Shown piece after piece: positions 10,265 through 20,335 of a DNA stretch of 64,000 nucleotides (position 1 is its first letter; every line of letters starts with the position of its first letter). Both the position numbers and the translations under genes were made by a program. The stretch is from positions 21,988 through 85,987 of the forward strand of contig CAVQYU010000004.1 in NCBI GenBank assembly GCA_963718285.1, given 5' to 3'. The DNA comes from an uncultured Chloroflexia bacterium. GTDB lineage: Bacteria > Chloroflexota > Limnocylindria > Limnocylindrales > CSP1-4. The notes under the pieces were generated by a model, which saw nothing but the letters and a program-made list of their open reading frames with translations, did not search any database and had not been told where the DNA came from.

Positions 10265-10270
10265 TATCCT
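10265..10270 (+). promoter_or_regulatory. putative -10 hexamer TATCCT, 7 nt upstream of ATG 10278
   Basis: cggcTATCCTcgccctgATG, with no SD. Confidence 0.4.
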
Positions 10271-10277
10271 CGCCCTG

Positions 10278-11727
10278 ATGGAGTACGCCCAGTCGATCCT
10301 CGATCTCGTCGGCAACACGCCCCTGGTCCGGCTCAGCCGGGTCACCCGGGACCTTGGACCGCTGGATCGCCAGCCGCTCATCCTGGCCAAGCTCGAGGCG
10401 ATGAACCCGGGCGGCTCGGTCAAGGATCGGATCGGCCTGCCGATGATCGAGGCCGCCGAGCGGGACGGTCTGCTCCGGCCGGGCGGCACGATCATCGAGC
10501 CGACGAGCGGCAACACCGGCCATGGCCTGGCGATCGCCGCCGCCCTCAAGGGCTATCGCTGCATCTTCGTCATGGCCGACAAGCAGTCGACCGAGAAGCA
10601 GGCCCTCCTGCGGGCCTACGGGGCCGAGGTGGTCCTGTGTCCGACCAACGTCGCCCCGGACTCGCCTGAGAGCTACTACTCGGTGGCGGCCCGCCTGGCC
10701 CGGGACATCCCCGGCGCGTTCAAGCCCGACCAGTACTGGAACCAGGAGAATCCGACGGGCCCACGAGCAGACGACCGGGCCGGAGCTGTGGCGCCAGACC
10801 GACGGCCGGCTGACCCACTTCGTGGCCAGCGTCGGGACCGGCGGGACGATCAGCGGGACGGCCCACCACCTCAAGGCCCGCAACCCCTCGATCCAGATCG
10901 TGGGCGCCGACCCGGAGGGCAGCGTTCTGTCGGGCGACGTTGCCCGGCCCTACCTGACCGAGGGCGTGGGTGAGGACTTCCTGCCCGGCACGTACGACTC
11001 GAGTGTCATCGACCGCTGGGTCCGGGTGTCCGACCGGGATGCCTTCGCCGCGGCGCGGCGCCTCACCCGCGAGGAGGGCATCCTGTCCGGTGGCTCGTGT
11101 GGGACCGCCCTGGTAGCAGCCCTGGCGGTCGCCCGCGACCTGACTGCTGCGCCCGAGGGCCACGAGGCCGTCGTCGTCGTGCTCCTGCCCGATAGCGGCC
11201 GGAACTACCTGAGCAAGCTGTACAACGACGAGTGGATGCGGGTGAACGGGCTGCTGGCAACGAGCGGCGGCGGGGCCCGCATCGCGGACCTCCTGATCGT
11301 CCGCCAACGGACCGGCGGCGCGGCCGGCGACGGGGCAAGGCCCGAGCTCATCCTGGCCCGGACCACGGAGCGGGTCGGGGCGGCGATCGACCGGTTCCAG
11401 GCCTACGGGATCAGTCAGATGCCGGTCTCGGAGGCCGCAGCGGGGGCGCCCGGCTCGGATCGGATCGAGGCGATCGTCGGCTCAATCTCGGAACGTGGCC
11501 TCCTCGACCGGGCGTATCGCGACCCGACCGTCGTCGAGCGGACCGTTGGCGAGGTCATGGATGCGCCGCTGCCCATGGTCGAGGTGAGCGCCGCCCTGGA
11601 CGACGCCTTCCGGCTTCTGTCGGGCGTCCCCTCGGCGCTGATCGCCGTCGATTCCGGCGTCCCGGCCGGGATCGTGACCAAGCTCGACCTGCTCGAGTTC
11701 GTCGCCCACCGTCCGGGGCCGGTCTAG
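10278..11727 (+). CDS. cbs: cystathionine beta-synthase (PLP domain + tandem CBS domains); one frame change at ~10755
   Basis: ORF 10278..10973 starts [19 protein letters not shown]...[11 protein letters not shown]...[10 protein letters not shown]...DQYWNQENP. It continues in the ORF 10522..11727 frame: [13 protein letters not shown]...[11 protein letters not shown]...[12 protein letters not shown] plus CBS-pair sequence. One extra C in a C run (acgggCCCac) explains the break. Confidence 0.85.
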
Positions 11728-11729
11728 CC

Positions 11730-12989
11730 GTGGCCGACGACCCCGGTCAGGACGAGTCGATCCGGCCGTTCGCCGAGCGCTACGCCGCCGATGAGGGTTG
11801 GTCGTTCGAGACGCTGTCGGTCCATGCCGGCCAGGAGCCCGACGAGCTGACCGGGGCGGTCGCTCCGCCGATCTATCAGACGAGCACCTATGCCCAGGAC
11901 GGAATCGGCCGGCCGCGGGACGGTTGGGAATATGCCCGGACCGGCAACCCGACCCGGCGCCGCCTGGAGCGGGCGGTGGCCAGCCTGGAGGGCGCGGAGG
12001 AGGGGATCGCCTTCTCGTCAGGAGCCGCCGCCACGGCCATGCTCGCCGAGCTGGCCCTGCCCGGTGACGAGGTCGTCGTGGGCGACGACGTCTACGGCGG
12101 AACCTATCGCCTGTTCGAGCGGGTCCTGCGGCCGAAGGGAATCATCGCGCGCTACGTTGACCTGGCCGCTGATCCGGCCAACGTCCGGGCGGCGCTGACG
12201 GCCCGGACGCGCCTCGTCTGGTTCGAGACGCCCACCAACCCGCTGCTCAAGCTGGTCGACATCGCGGCCGTGGCCGACGGGATTGCCAGCCACCGCGGCG
12301 CTGATGGTCAGCGGCCGTGGCTCGTGGTCGACAACACGTTTGCCTCACCGGCGGTCCAACGCCCGCTGGACCACGGCGCCGACATCGTATTTCACTCGGC
12401 CACCAAGTACCTGGCCGGTCACTCGGACACGGTCAACGGGATCGTGGTCACCAGCCGGCCGGCCGTTGCCGAGCGGCTGCGCTTCCTGCAGAACGCCATC
12501 GGCGCGGTCCCCGGGCCGTTCGACTGCTTCCTCGTCCTGCGCGGGCTGCGGACGCTGGCCCTGCGGGCCGAGCGACATGCGGCCAACGCCGCGGCCGTCG
12601 CGGCCATGCTGGCCGGACGAGCCGACGTCGGCGCGGTCAGTTATCCGGGCCTGCGCGAGGGCCCGTCCGCGCACCCGCAGGCGGCCCTGGCCGCGCGCCA
12701 GATGCGCGGCGGCGGGGGAATCGTGTCGTTCATCCCGGCGGCCGGTGGGCCGCAGGACCGAACCGCCCGGGAACGGGCCATCGCCATCTGCGAATCCACC
12801 CGCCTGTTCACCCTGGCCGAATCGCTGGGCGGGGTGGAATCGCTGATCGAGCTGCCGGCCACGATGACCCACGCCTCGGTCGCCGGCTCGCCGCTCGAGA
12901 TCGACCCGGCCCTCATTCGCCTGTCGTGCGGAATCGAGGCCGAAGCCGACCTGCTGGCCGACCTGCGGGCCGCCCTGGATCGAGCCTAG
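11730..12989 (+). CDS. cystathionine gamma-lyase/synthase (Cys/Met-metabolism PLP enzyme)
   Basis: In-frame GTG 11730, 2 nt after the CBS stop: VADDPGQDE...FETLSVHAGQEPD...PPIYQTSTY...YARTGNPTRRRLE...DNTFASP...HSATKYLAGHSD...ESLGGVESLIE. It is intact within ORF 11232..12989. Confidence 0.85.
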   Translation: MADDPGQDESIRPFAERYAADEGWSFETLSVHAGQEPDELTGAVAPPIYQTSTYAQDGIGRPRDGWEYARTGNPTRRRLERAVASLEGAEEGIAFSSGAAATAMLAELALPGDEVVVGDDVYGGTYRLFERVLRPKGIIARYVDLAADPANVRAALTARTRLVWFETPTNPLLKLVDIAAVADGIASHRGADGQRPWLVVDNTFASPAVQRPLDHGADIVFHSATKYLAGHSDTVNGIVVTSRPAVAERLRFLQNAIGAVPGPFDCFLVLRGLRTLALRAERHAANAAAVAAMLAGRADVGAVSYPGLREGPSAHPQAALAARQMRGGGGIVSFIPAAGGPQDRTARERAIAICESTRLFTLAESLGGVESLIELPATMTHASVAGSPLEIDPALIRLSCGIEAEADLLADLRAALDRA

Positions 12990-13041
12990 GCTCGCCGGCT
13001 GATCTGTTCGGCCGCCAAACGGCCGGCCGCGGCTTTCCGAA

Positions 13042-13287
13042 CTAGCGCTTCTTGCCCCGGACCGAGATCAGGTGGGCCGTCCAGGCCGAGGCCTGGCCAT
13101 CGATCGCAACCGAGCTGCCGTGCCAGCCGCAGACACACGTGACGGTTTGTTCGCGATGCTTGTATTCGTCGATCACGTGCTTGAACTCGGGGGTGACTCC
13201 GGGCTTGGCGGGGGGCGTGAGGGCCAACGTGGGCTCCGATCGATCGATGCGGGGAATGGCGGTCCTGGTCGCCGCTGACGACGCCAC
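13042..13287 (-). CDS. hypothetical small protein (81 aa)
   Basis: ORF only: ...KPGVTPEFKHVIDEYKHREQTVTCVCGWHGSSVAIDGQASAWTAHLISVRGKKR. I recognise no family. It follows the permease pair on the same strand. Confidence 0.3.
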   Translation of the reverse strand: MASSAATRTAIPRIDRSEPTLALTPPAKPGVTPEFKHVIDEYKHREQTVTCVCGWHGSSVAIDGQASAWTAHLISVRGKKR

Positions 13288-13311
13288 GACAGGAGCAGGA
13301 ATGATACGCCT

Positions 13312-14201
13312 TCAGCGCCCACTCCGGCGCCGGACCGGATCCAGCCAGTCGCGCAGGCCGTCGCCGATGAAGTTGACGCCGAGCACGAACACGACCAGGA
13401 CGAGCGCCGGCTCGACGGTCAGCCACCAGGCCGTCTGGAGGTAATCGCGGCCGTCGTAGATCAGCCTGCCCCATTCGGGCGTGGGCGGCGGGACACCCAG
13501 GCCGAGGAACGTCAGGCCGGCGGTGAACAGGATCACCTGGGGAATCTGGAGGGTGATGATGACCACGATCGAGCCGGCGATGTTGGGCAGGACGTGGCGG
13601 CGCAGGATCCGCCACTGGCCGACGCCGGCGGCCCTGGCGGCCTCGATGTAGGGCCGTTCGCGCACCGTCAGGACCTCGCCCCGGGTCACCCGGAAGTAGT
13701 ACAGCCACGAGCCGACGCCCAGGACAAGGGCCAGGTTGAGGGTGGACGAGCCGACCACGGCGAGGACGGCCAGGGCCAGGATCAGGAACGGGATCGCTTG
13801 CTGGATGTCGGCCAGCTGCCCGATGGCCAGGTCCAGCCAGCCGCCCCGGTAGCCCGCCAGCAGGCCGGCGCTGACCCCGATCAACGCGCCCAGGGCGACG
13901 CTCAGGATGCCGATCCCGAGCGACGTCCGGCCGCCCCAGATGATCCGCGACAGGAGGTCCCGGCCGGTCGCGTCGGTCCCGAGCAGGTAGGTCGGGGACC
14001 CGCCCGGCAGCCAGACCGGCGGTTTGAGCCGGTCGGTCAGGACCTGGGCGAGCGGGTCATGGGGGCTGATCCAGGGCGCCAGGATCGCCATCAGGACGAT
14101 CGCGCCGACCAGGATCGAGCCGATGACCAGACCCCGATCGAGGCGGGTGCGCCGGCTCGAGCCGGTCGGGCCCAGGCTTGATCCACGTCGGCGGCTTCCA
14201 C
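13312..14201 (-). CDS. ABC transporter permease, DppC/OppC-like (frame change near 14100-14190)
   Basis: ORF 13312..14091: LAPWISPHDP...LLGTDATGRDLLSRIIWGGRTSL...ERPYIEAARAAGVGQWRILRRHVLPN. The upstream in-frame sequence SSRRTRLDRGLVIGSILVGAIVL has no start codon. The candidate GTG starts at 14201 and 14186 are in another frame. Confidence 0.75.
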
Positions 14202-14216
14202 GTTGGCGACTCCACG

Positions 14217-15133
14217 TCAGGCCAGCCGGACCCGGGGATCGATCAGGCCGTAGACCAGGTCGAGGAGCAGGTTGACGCTGACGATCTGAGGGCGGCCACG
14301 AACGTGAAGGCCTGGATCACCGGCAGGTCCCTGTTGGCCACCGCCTGGACGACGAGCTGGCCCATGCCCGGGTAGCTGAACACGACCTCGACCACGATCA
14401 CGCCCGACAGGATGGCTGCAAGGTCGAAGGCCAGGAAGGTCACGAACGGGATCAGCCCGTTCCGGAGCGCGTGGCCCAGGACCACTCGGCGCGGGGCCAG
14501 GCCCTTCGCCCGGGCGGTCCGGATGAAGTCCGCGCCCAGGACATCGAGCAGGCTGGAGCGCAGGATCCGGGTCAGCCCGGCGGCCGAGCCCAGGCCGACC
14601 ACGATCGCCGGCAGGAGGAGGTGGCTGGGGTCGCCGGCGCCCGACACGGGCAGGAGCCGGAGGCTCACCGCGAAGACGAGGATGAGGACCTCACCCAGCA
14701 CGAAGCCCGGGATCGCCTGGCCAAGGACCGCCACGGATCGCGCGGTCAGGTCGATCCAGGAGCCCGGCCGGAGGGCCGCCGCGATGCCCAGCGGGACCGA
14801 GATCAGGAGCGATACCAGGACGCCCGACAGGCCCAGGGCGAGCGTCGCCGGGACGCGAGCCAGGACCATCCCGAGGGCGGGCTCCAGGGTGTTCGTCGAG
14901 GTCCCGAAGTCACCGTGGAGGGCCCGCCCGAGGAAGCTCGCGAACTGGACCGGGATCGGCTGGTCGAAGCCCAGCTGGAGGCGCAGCGAGTCGACCGCGG
15001 ACTGGGGCGCATCGAGGGGCAGCAGGGCCCGGACGGGGTCGCTGGCGAGGAAGACCAGGGCGAACACGATGAACGACACGCCGAGCAGGACCACGGCGCT
15101 GGCCAGCAGTCGGCGAGTCAGGAATCTGGCCAT
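14217..15133 (-). CDS. ABC transporter permease, DppB/OppB-like (frame change near 14280)
   Basis: ORF 14243..15202; I prefer ATG 15133: MARFLTRRLLASAVVLLGVSFIVFALV...FIRTARAKGL...YPGMGQLVVQAVANRDLPVIQ. The canonical C-terminus IVSVNLLLDLVYGLIDPRVRLA-TGA (stop at 14217-14219) is readable after a 1-nt shift. Confidence 0.8.
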
Positions 15134-15142
15134 ATCCGGCTC

Positions 15143-15148
15143 AGGGTA
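15143..15148 (-). promoter_or_regulatory. putative -10 hexamer TACCCT, 9 nt upstream of ATG 15133
   Basis: The minus strand reads cggcTACCCTgagccggatATG. Confidence 0.35.
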
Positions 15149-15283
15149 GCCGTTGGAGCGGGCGCCCTCGGTGGGACGATCGGGCCGGCCGAACCGGTCC
15201 AACGGGCAGCACCATCTCTGAGACGACGATCATGCCGGATCCGGAGCAGGCTCCGATTGCGGTGCTATCGCCCTCCTAGAGGG

Positions 15284-16219
15284 CTAGCTGCCAACCTCCG
15301 CCCGGCGGCGGTCGGCCTGGAGGCGCTGGTCGGCGACCCGCGCGGCCGGTACAGGTCCGAGCCGGCCGTGGGGCAGGCCCAGCCGATCGCCACCCGGGTC
15401 GAGATGGCGCCGGCGGCCAGCCAGCGGTCGCACTGCGCGCGGATCCGCTCGGCGAAGTTGATCGCCTGGATCTCGTCGGTCTCGGGCATCAGGACCCCGA
15501 ACCGGCTCGGGCCGAGGCGGGCGACGTGGTCGGTCGCCCGGCCATTGCGGACAGGGTCTCGGCGATCGCCGGGATGAGCCGATCGGCCGCATCGGTGCCC
15601 ATCCGGCTGACGAGGCGCTCGAATCCGTCGAGCTCGACCAGCACGACCGTGATCGGCCGCCGGTAGCGGCTCAGGCGAGTGCTCTCCTCGCGGATCCTGC
15701 GCTCCCAGTCGACCGCCTCGTCGACGAGCGGCCGGGACGGCCGGCTGGCTTCGGTGCGGCGGGGCTGGGGGGCATCGGTCCACACGACCGTCTGCTCCTC
15801 GGGCCACCGCCCAGGTCGGCGGTCGAGGGGCCGGCGAGCGGGTTGGCTCGAATTCGCTTTCGAGGCGGTCAGGGCCAGGCTCCCGCGGGTCCGAGCGCCG
15901 TTGGCTGCGAGACGAAGAAGGCGATGGCCTCCTGCTCGGCAGGATGGGGCTCATCCTCGAGGACGGAACGGAAGCGTCGGGCGTCGTCGGCGGCGGTCAC
16001 GGGTTCGGTGCTCTCCTGGATGGTATCTGGAGCTCTGGGTGGGGCTGCGGGGTGTCCGGGGCGGTCGTCGCCCGGCCGACCGGGCGTCGTCGAACCCTAC
16101 GTCGGTACGGCACCCACGGGCCGCAGCCGACGAACGAGAGTGACGATGAGCACACCCATGATGACAAGATTCGCGACGATCGCGATTCCGATGGCGATGA
16201 TGAGCGGCTGGGTGGACAT
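15284..16219 (-). pseudogene. membrane-anchored GGDEF-like (degenerate diguanylate-cyclase) domain protein, several frame changes; N-terminal linkage tentative
   Basis: GGDEF-fold pieces are RYRRPITVVLVELDGFERLVSRMGTDAADRLIPAIAETL (ORF 15489..15785) and HVARLGPSRFGVLMPETDEIQAINFAERIRAQ (ORF 15265..15954 frame). The signature is GPSRF instead of GGDEF. The tail AARVADQRLQADRRRAEVGS-stop is in the ORF 15284..15592 frame. A possible N-terminal TM start is MSTQPLIIAIGIAIVANLVIMGVLIVTLV at 16219 (GGAG upstream). Confidence 0.45.
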
Positions 16220-16484
16220 CTTGACTCCGGTTCGAGCGACGGATCGCCCGGGTTCCGCATGATCGCCCTGCCGTCCCCGCAGTGACAACAGTCCTAACCA
16301 CCCCAGGACAAATCGTTGGTGCGGTTGGGCAACGAAGCGAGCGGTCCGGGGAAGAGGCGTAGGCTGTGGTGGCCGGGACGTGGTGCGTGCGTGCTCGCGC
16401 AGGGTTGCGCGAGGAGGCTCCAGCCGCGTATCCTCCCGGCCCGATCCACTCCCGGGTGAAGTGGACGGAGAACCGAGGTCAGCC

Positions 16485-17429
16485 GTGGCACGCGCGATGT
16501 GGCGAGGAGCCATCCAGTTCGGGCTCGTGACGATCCCCGTCAGGCTCTACCTGGCGACGGAATCCAAGGGCATCAGCTTCAACATGCTCCACGACAAGGA
16601 CCTCTCGCGGATCCAGATGAAGACGTACTGCCCCGTCGACGACGAGGTGATCTCGCGGGGCGACACGGTCAAGGGCTTCGAGTACGCGCCCGGCCAGTAC
16701 GTGGTCGTGACCGACGAGGACCTCGCCGCGGTGCCCCTCAAGACGGTCCGGGCGATCGAGATCGAGCTGTTCACCGCGGCCAACCCCGATAACGCCGCCG
16801 TCCGCTTCGTCAAGGGCGCCTACTACCTCGAGCCCGATCCGATCGGGCGCAAGGCGTTCTACCTCCTGCGCGAGGTCCTGGCCGACAAGCAGCTCACCGC
16901 GATCTGCAAGGTCGTGATCAAGGACCGCGAGGTCCTCGGCGCGATCGACCCGTTCAGCACGACGATGCTCCTGACCACGCTCCATTGGCCCGACGAGATC
17001 CGCAGCGTGGCCGAGCTCGACCTGCCCGACGAGCTGCCCGAGGCGAAGCCGGCCGAGAAGGCGATGGCCGAGCAGCTGATCGGGGCGATGACGGCCGAGT
17101 TCGACCCGGCCGCCTATCACGACGACTACCGCGAGGCCCTGCTCAAGCTGATCGAGGACAAGGTCGCCGGCCAGGAGACCGTCGAGCCGGTCGCGCCGCA
17201 GCCGGCCACCAACATCGTCGACCTGATGGCGGCCCTCGAGGCGAGCGTCAAGGCGGCCGTCGAGGCACGCGGCGCGACGCCGCCGACATCGGTCGACTCG
17301 AAGCGGGCCGCCGGGTCCGAAGGCCGCGGGCGCCGCCAAGAGCCCCGCCAAGGCCGCCGCAACGGCGAGGGCCAAGCGACGACGACGAGCAGGCGCCCGG
17401 CTCCGGCCAAGCGCCGCAAGTCCGCCTAG
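16485..17429 (+). CDS. ku: Ku DNA end-binding protein (NHEJ)
   Basis: ORF 16380..17429; GTG 16485 (GAGG 6 nt upstream) or ATG 16497: MWRGAIQFGLVTIPVRLYLATE...GFEYAPGQYVVVTDEDL...YYLEPDPIGRKAFYLLREVL. The Lys/Ala-rich tail (KAAGAAKSPAKAAATARAK) reads better in a second frame, suggesting two compensating indels near 17310-17400. Confidence 0.9.
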   Translation: MARAMWRGAIQFGLVTIPVRLYLATESKGISFNMLHDKDLSRIQMKTYCPVDDEVISRGDTVKGFEYAPGQYVVVTDEDLAAVPLKTVRAIEIELFTAANPDNAAVRFVKGAYYLEPDPIGRKAFYLLREVLADKQLTAICKVVIKDREVLGAIDPFSTTMLLTTLHWPDEIRSVAELDLPDELPEAKPAEKAMAEQLIGAMTAEFDPAAYHDDYREALLKLIEDKVAGQETVEPVAPQPATNIVDLMAALEASVKAAVEARGATPPTSVDSKRAAGSEGRGRRQEPRQGRRNGEGQATTTSRRPAPAKRRKSA

Positions 17430-17461
17430 CCCAGCGCGGCCTCAGGGAGGCCTCCGCCTCG

Positions 17462-20329
17462 ATGCCGCTCGACGCCTACCGTCGCAAGCGCGACTTCTCG
17501 AAGACCGCCGAGCCGGCCGGCGGCTCGCCCGCGCCCGCCGATCGGGTCACGGCCGGGCGGTTCGTCGTCGGCCGCCATCGTGCGTCGCGCCTCCACTACG
17601 ACCTGCGCCTGGAGATGGACGGCGTCCTCGCGAGCTGGGCCGTGCCCAAGGGCCCGAGCCTCGACCCGGACGTCAAGCGGATCGCGATCCACGTCGAGGA
17701 CCATCCGATCGAGTACTTCGACTTCGAGGGCACGATCCCGAGGGGCGAATACGGCGCCGGCGACGCGATCGTCTGGGACTGGGGCACCTACGAGCCCGAG
17801 GCACCGACCCTCGATCCGGGCCGGTCGATCGCCGATGGCGAGCTGAAGTTCCGGATCTTCGGCCAGAAGCTGCGCGGCCGGTTCACCCTCGTCCGAACCC
17901 GCGGCACGAGCGGCTCCGCGAGCTCCGGCGGCGTACGCCGGCGGTCGGCGGCGGAGCCGGAGTCCGATCGGGACGGCGAGCCGTGGCTGCTGATCCACAA
18001 GCGCGACGCCGATGCCGTCCCCGGCTGGGAGCCCGAGGATCACCGCGAGTCGGTGATGACCGGCCGGACGAACGAGGAGGTCGCGGCCGGCCTGGCGCCG
18101 CGCTTCGAGGTCGCGCCGCCTGGCGAGCCAGCCGTCGCTCGAGGCGGTCGGAGCCGTGGCGGCGCCGTTTCCGGGCTTCATCGAGCCGATGCTGGCGACC
18201 CTGGCCACGACCGCGTTCGACAACCCGGACTGGCTGTTCGAGATCAAGTGGGACGGCTACCGGGTCGAGGCGGTGGTTCGCGGCGGTCGGGTCTCGCTCC
18301 ATACCCGCAACGGCAAGGACGCCGGAACGTACTTTCCGGGCCTGCTCAGCCCGCCGGACTGGATCACGGCCGACGAGGCCGTCGTCGACGGCGAGGTGGT
18401 CGCCCTGGACCCGGAGGGCATGCCCAGCTTCGGCCTCCTCCAGGAGCGCCTCGGGGTCAAGTTCGGCTCGGGGACTGGGTCCGCCGGACGAAGTCCGCGC
18501 CGCCGGCCCGAGCCGGACGCACGGCTGCCGCCGGACGCCCGCGCCGCTCGTCTACCAGGCCTTCGACCTGCTCTACCTCGATGGCCTGTCGCTCCTCAAG
18601 GTGCCCCTCGAGGAGCGCAAGCGGCTGCTCCGGTCGGTCCTCCGCGACGGCCCCCACGTCCGCTACGCGACCCACGTCGAGCGCTCCGGGATTGCCTTCA
18701 TGGCCGCGGCGGCGGCGCGGGACCTGGAGGGGATCATGGCCAAGGAGCGCCGCTCGACCTACGAGCCCGGGCGGCGGGTCGCGACGCTGGCTGAAGCTGA
18801 AGCACCGGCCCGAGCAGGAGTTCGTCATCGGCGGCTACCTGCCCGGCGAGGGCAATGCCCGCGACCTGGGCAGCGTGATCGTCGGGCTACTTCGAGGACG
18901 GGGCGTTGCGCTATGCCGGACGGGTCGGCAGCGGCTTCGATCGGGCCGACCCGGCTGCCGCATGCGCGACCTGCTCGAAGCCGCCCGGCCAGGAGCGCCG
19001 GCGTTCGATCCGCCGCCGCCGCGCCGGCCCCGACCTGCGCGGGGTCGTCTGGACCGAGCCGGCCGTCGTCATCCGGGTCGCCTTCTCGAACTGGACGCGG
19101 GACGGCGTCATCCGCCAGCCCTCGTTCAAGGGCTTCGAGCTCGACCGGGACCCCGCGCTCTGTCCGCCGGGAGCGGGCCGGTCGACAGCGCGCCCCGCGA
19201 CCGGACGATGCAAGCTCCGCGCGCTTCCGCGGCGGCGGCCGCCTCGAAGACGCCCCGACCGAAGACTGCCCGCGACCGGACGACCAGGGCGCGTCGAGCA
19301 AGAAGTCCACGAAGTCGACCGGACCTGGCCAGCGCCGACCGACGGCCGACGAGCTCGCAGCCCTCGACGCGCTGCCGGCCAAGGGCATCTGGCAGGTCGG
19401 CGGCTTCGAGCTGAGCCTGACCAACCTCGACAAGGTCCTCTTCCCGGCCCGGCCCGGCCCGGCCGCGGCAGTGGGTCGCCGAAGGACGGCACGACGGCCG
19501 AAGAGCCGGCTGACGAAGCGGGACCTGATCCGCTACCTGAGCCGTATCGCGCCGGTCGCCCTGCCCCACCTCGCCGAGCGGGCCCTCAACCTCCAGCGCT
19601 TTCCCGATGGGGCCGGCGGCCCCGCGTTCTGGCAGAAGCAGATCCCGCCGACCGCGCCCCGCCTGGCTCCGGCTGTGGCGCGAGACCGGGGTCGAGGATC
19701 GGGCAGCCAACGACCATCTGGTCGCCGACCGGGTCGGCACGCTTGGCCTGGCTCGGCAACCAGGCCGCGTTCGAGATCCACCCGTGGACCTCGCGGATCG
19801 AGGATCCCGATCACCCGACCTATGCCCTGATCGACATCGACCCCGGCGAGAAGACGACCTGGGACGAGACGCTCGGTCCTCGCCCGGCTCTACCGGACGG
19901 CGCTCGGCCACCTCGGCCTGCGCGCCGCCCCGAAGACGACCGGCAAGCGCGGGATCCAGGTCTGGATCCCGATCGAGCGCGGCCGCTACACGTTCCGCGA
20001 GACGACCGACTGGGTCGAACAGCTCAGCCGGGCGGTCGGCGCGATCGTGCCCGAGCTGGTCAGCTGGGAGTGGTCGGTGGCCGGCCGAGGGGCCGGGCCC
20101 GCCTCGACTACACCCAGAACTCGCGGATCAAGACACTCGTCGCGCCCTACGCCGTCCGGCCGGCGGCGGGCGCGCCCGTGTCGGCGCCGATCACCTGGGA
20201 CGAGCTCGATGACCCCGACCTGCGCCCGACCGCTGGATCGACCGGACGATCCTGCCCCGGGTGGAAGCACTCGGCGACCTGTTCGCCCCGGCCCTCGAGC
20301 AGGACCAGGAGCTGCCGGCGCTCGGCTGA
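17462..20329 (+). pseudogene. ligD: ATP-dependent DNA ligase LigD, three-domain (phosphoesterase - ligase - polymerase/primase), at least ~10 frame changes
   Basis: - PE domain from ATG 17462: MPLDAYRRKRDFSKTAEPAG...RLHYDLRLE...HVEDHPIEYFDFEG.
- Ligase domain: FIEPMLATL...EIKWDGYRVEAV; AFDLLYLDG...GIMAKERRSTYEPGRR; WLKLKHRPEQEFVIGGY.
- Polymerase domain: [10 protein letters not shown]...[20 protein letters not shown]...LQRFPDG; AFEIHPW...ALIDIDPG; [14 protein letters not shown]; [20 protein letters not shown]...APITWDEL.
- It ends ELPALG-TGA at 20329.
- The pieces alternate among all three + frames (ORFs 16985.., 18156.., 17983.., 18906.., 19607.., 20047..). Confidence 0.85.
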
Positions 20330-20335
20330 CCACGG

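Noticed and set aside
16394-16413. Perfect hairpin CTCGCGCA-GGGT-TGCGCGAG in the ku upstream region as a regulatory element
   Set aside because: It is a single 8-bp hairpin with no U tract and no recognisable partner motif. Such palindromes are common in GC-rich DNA.
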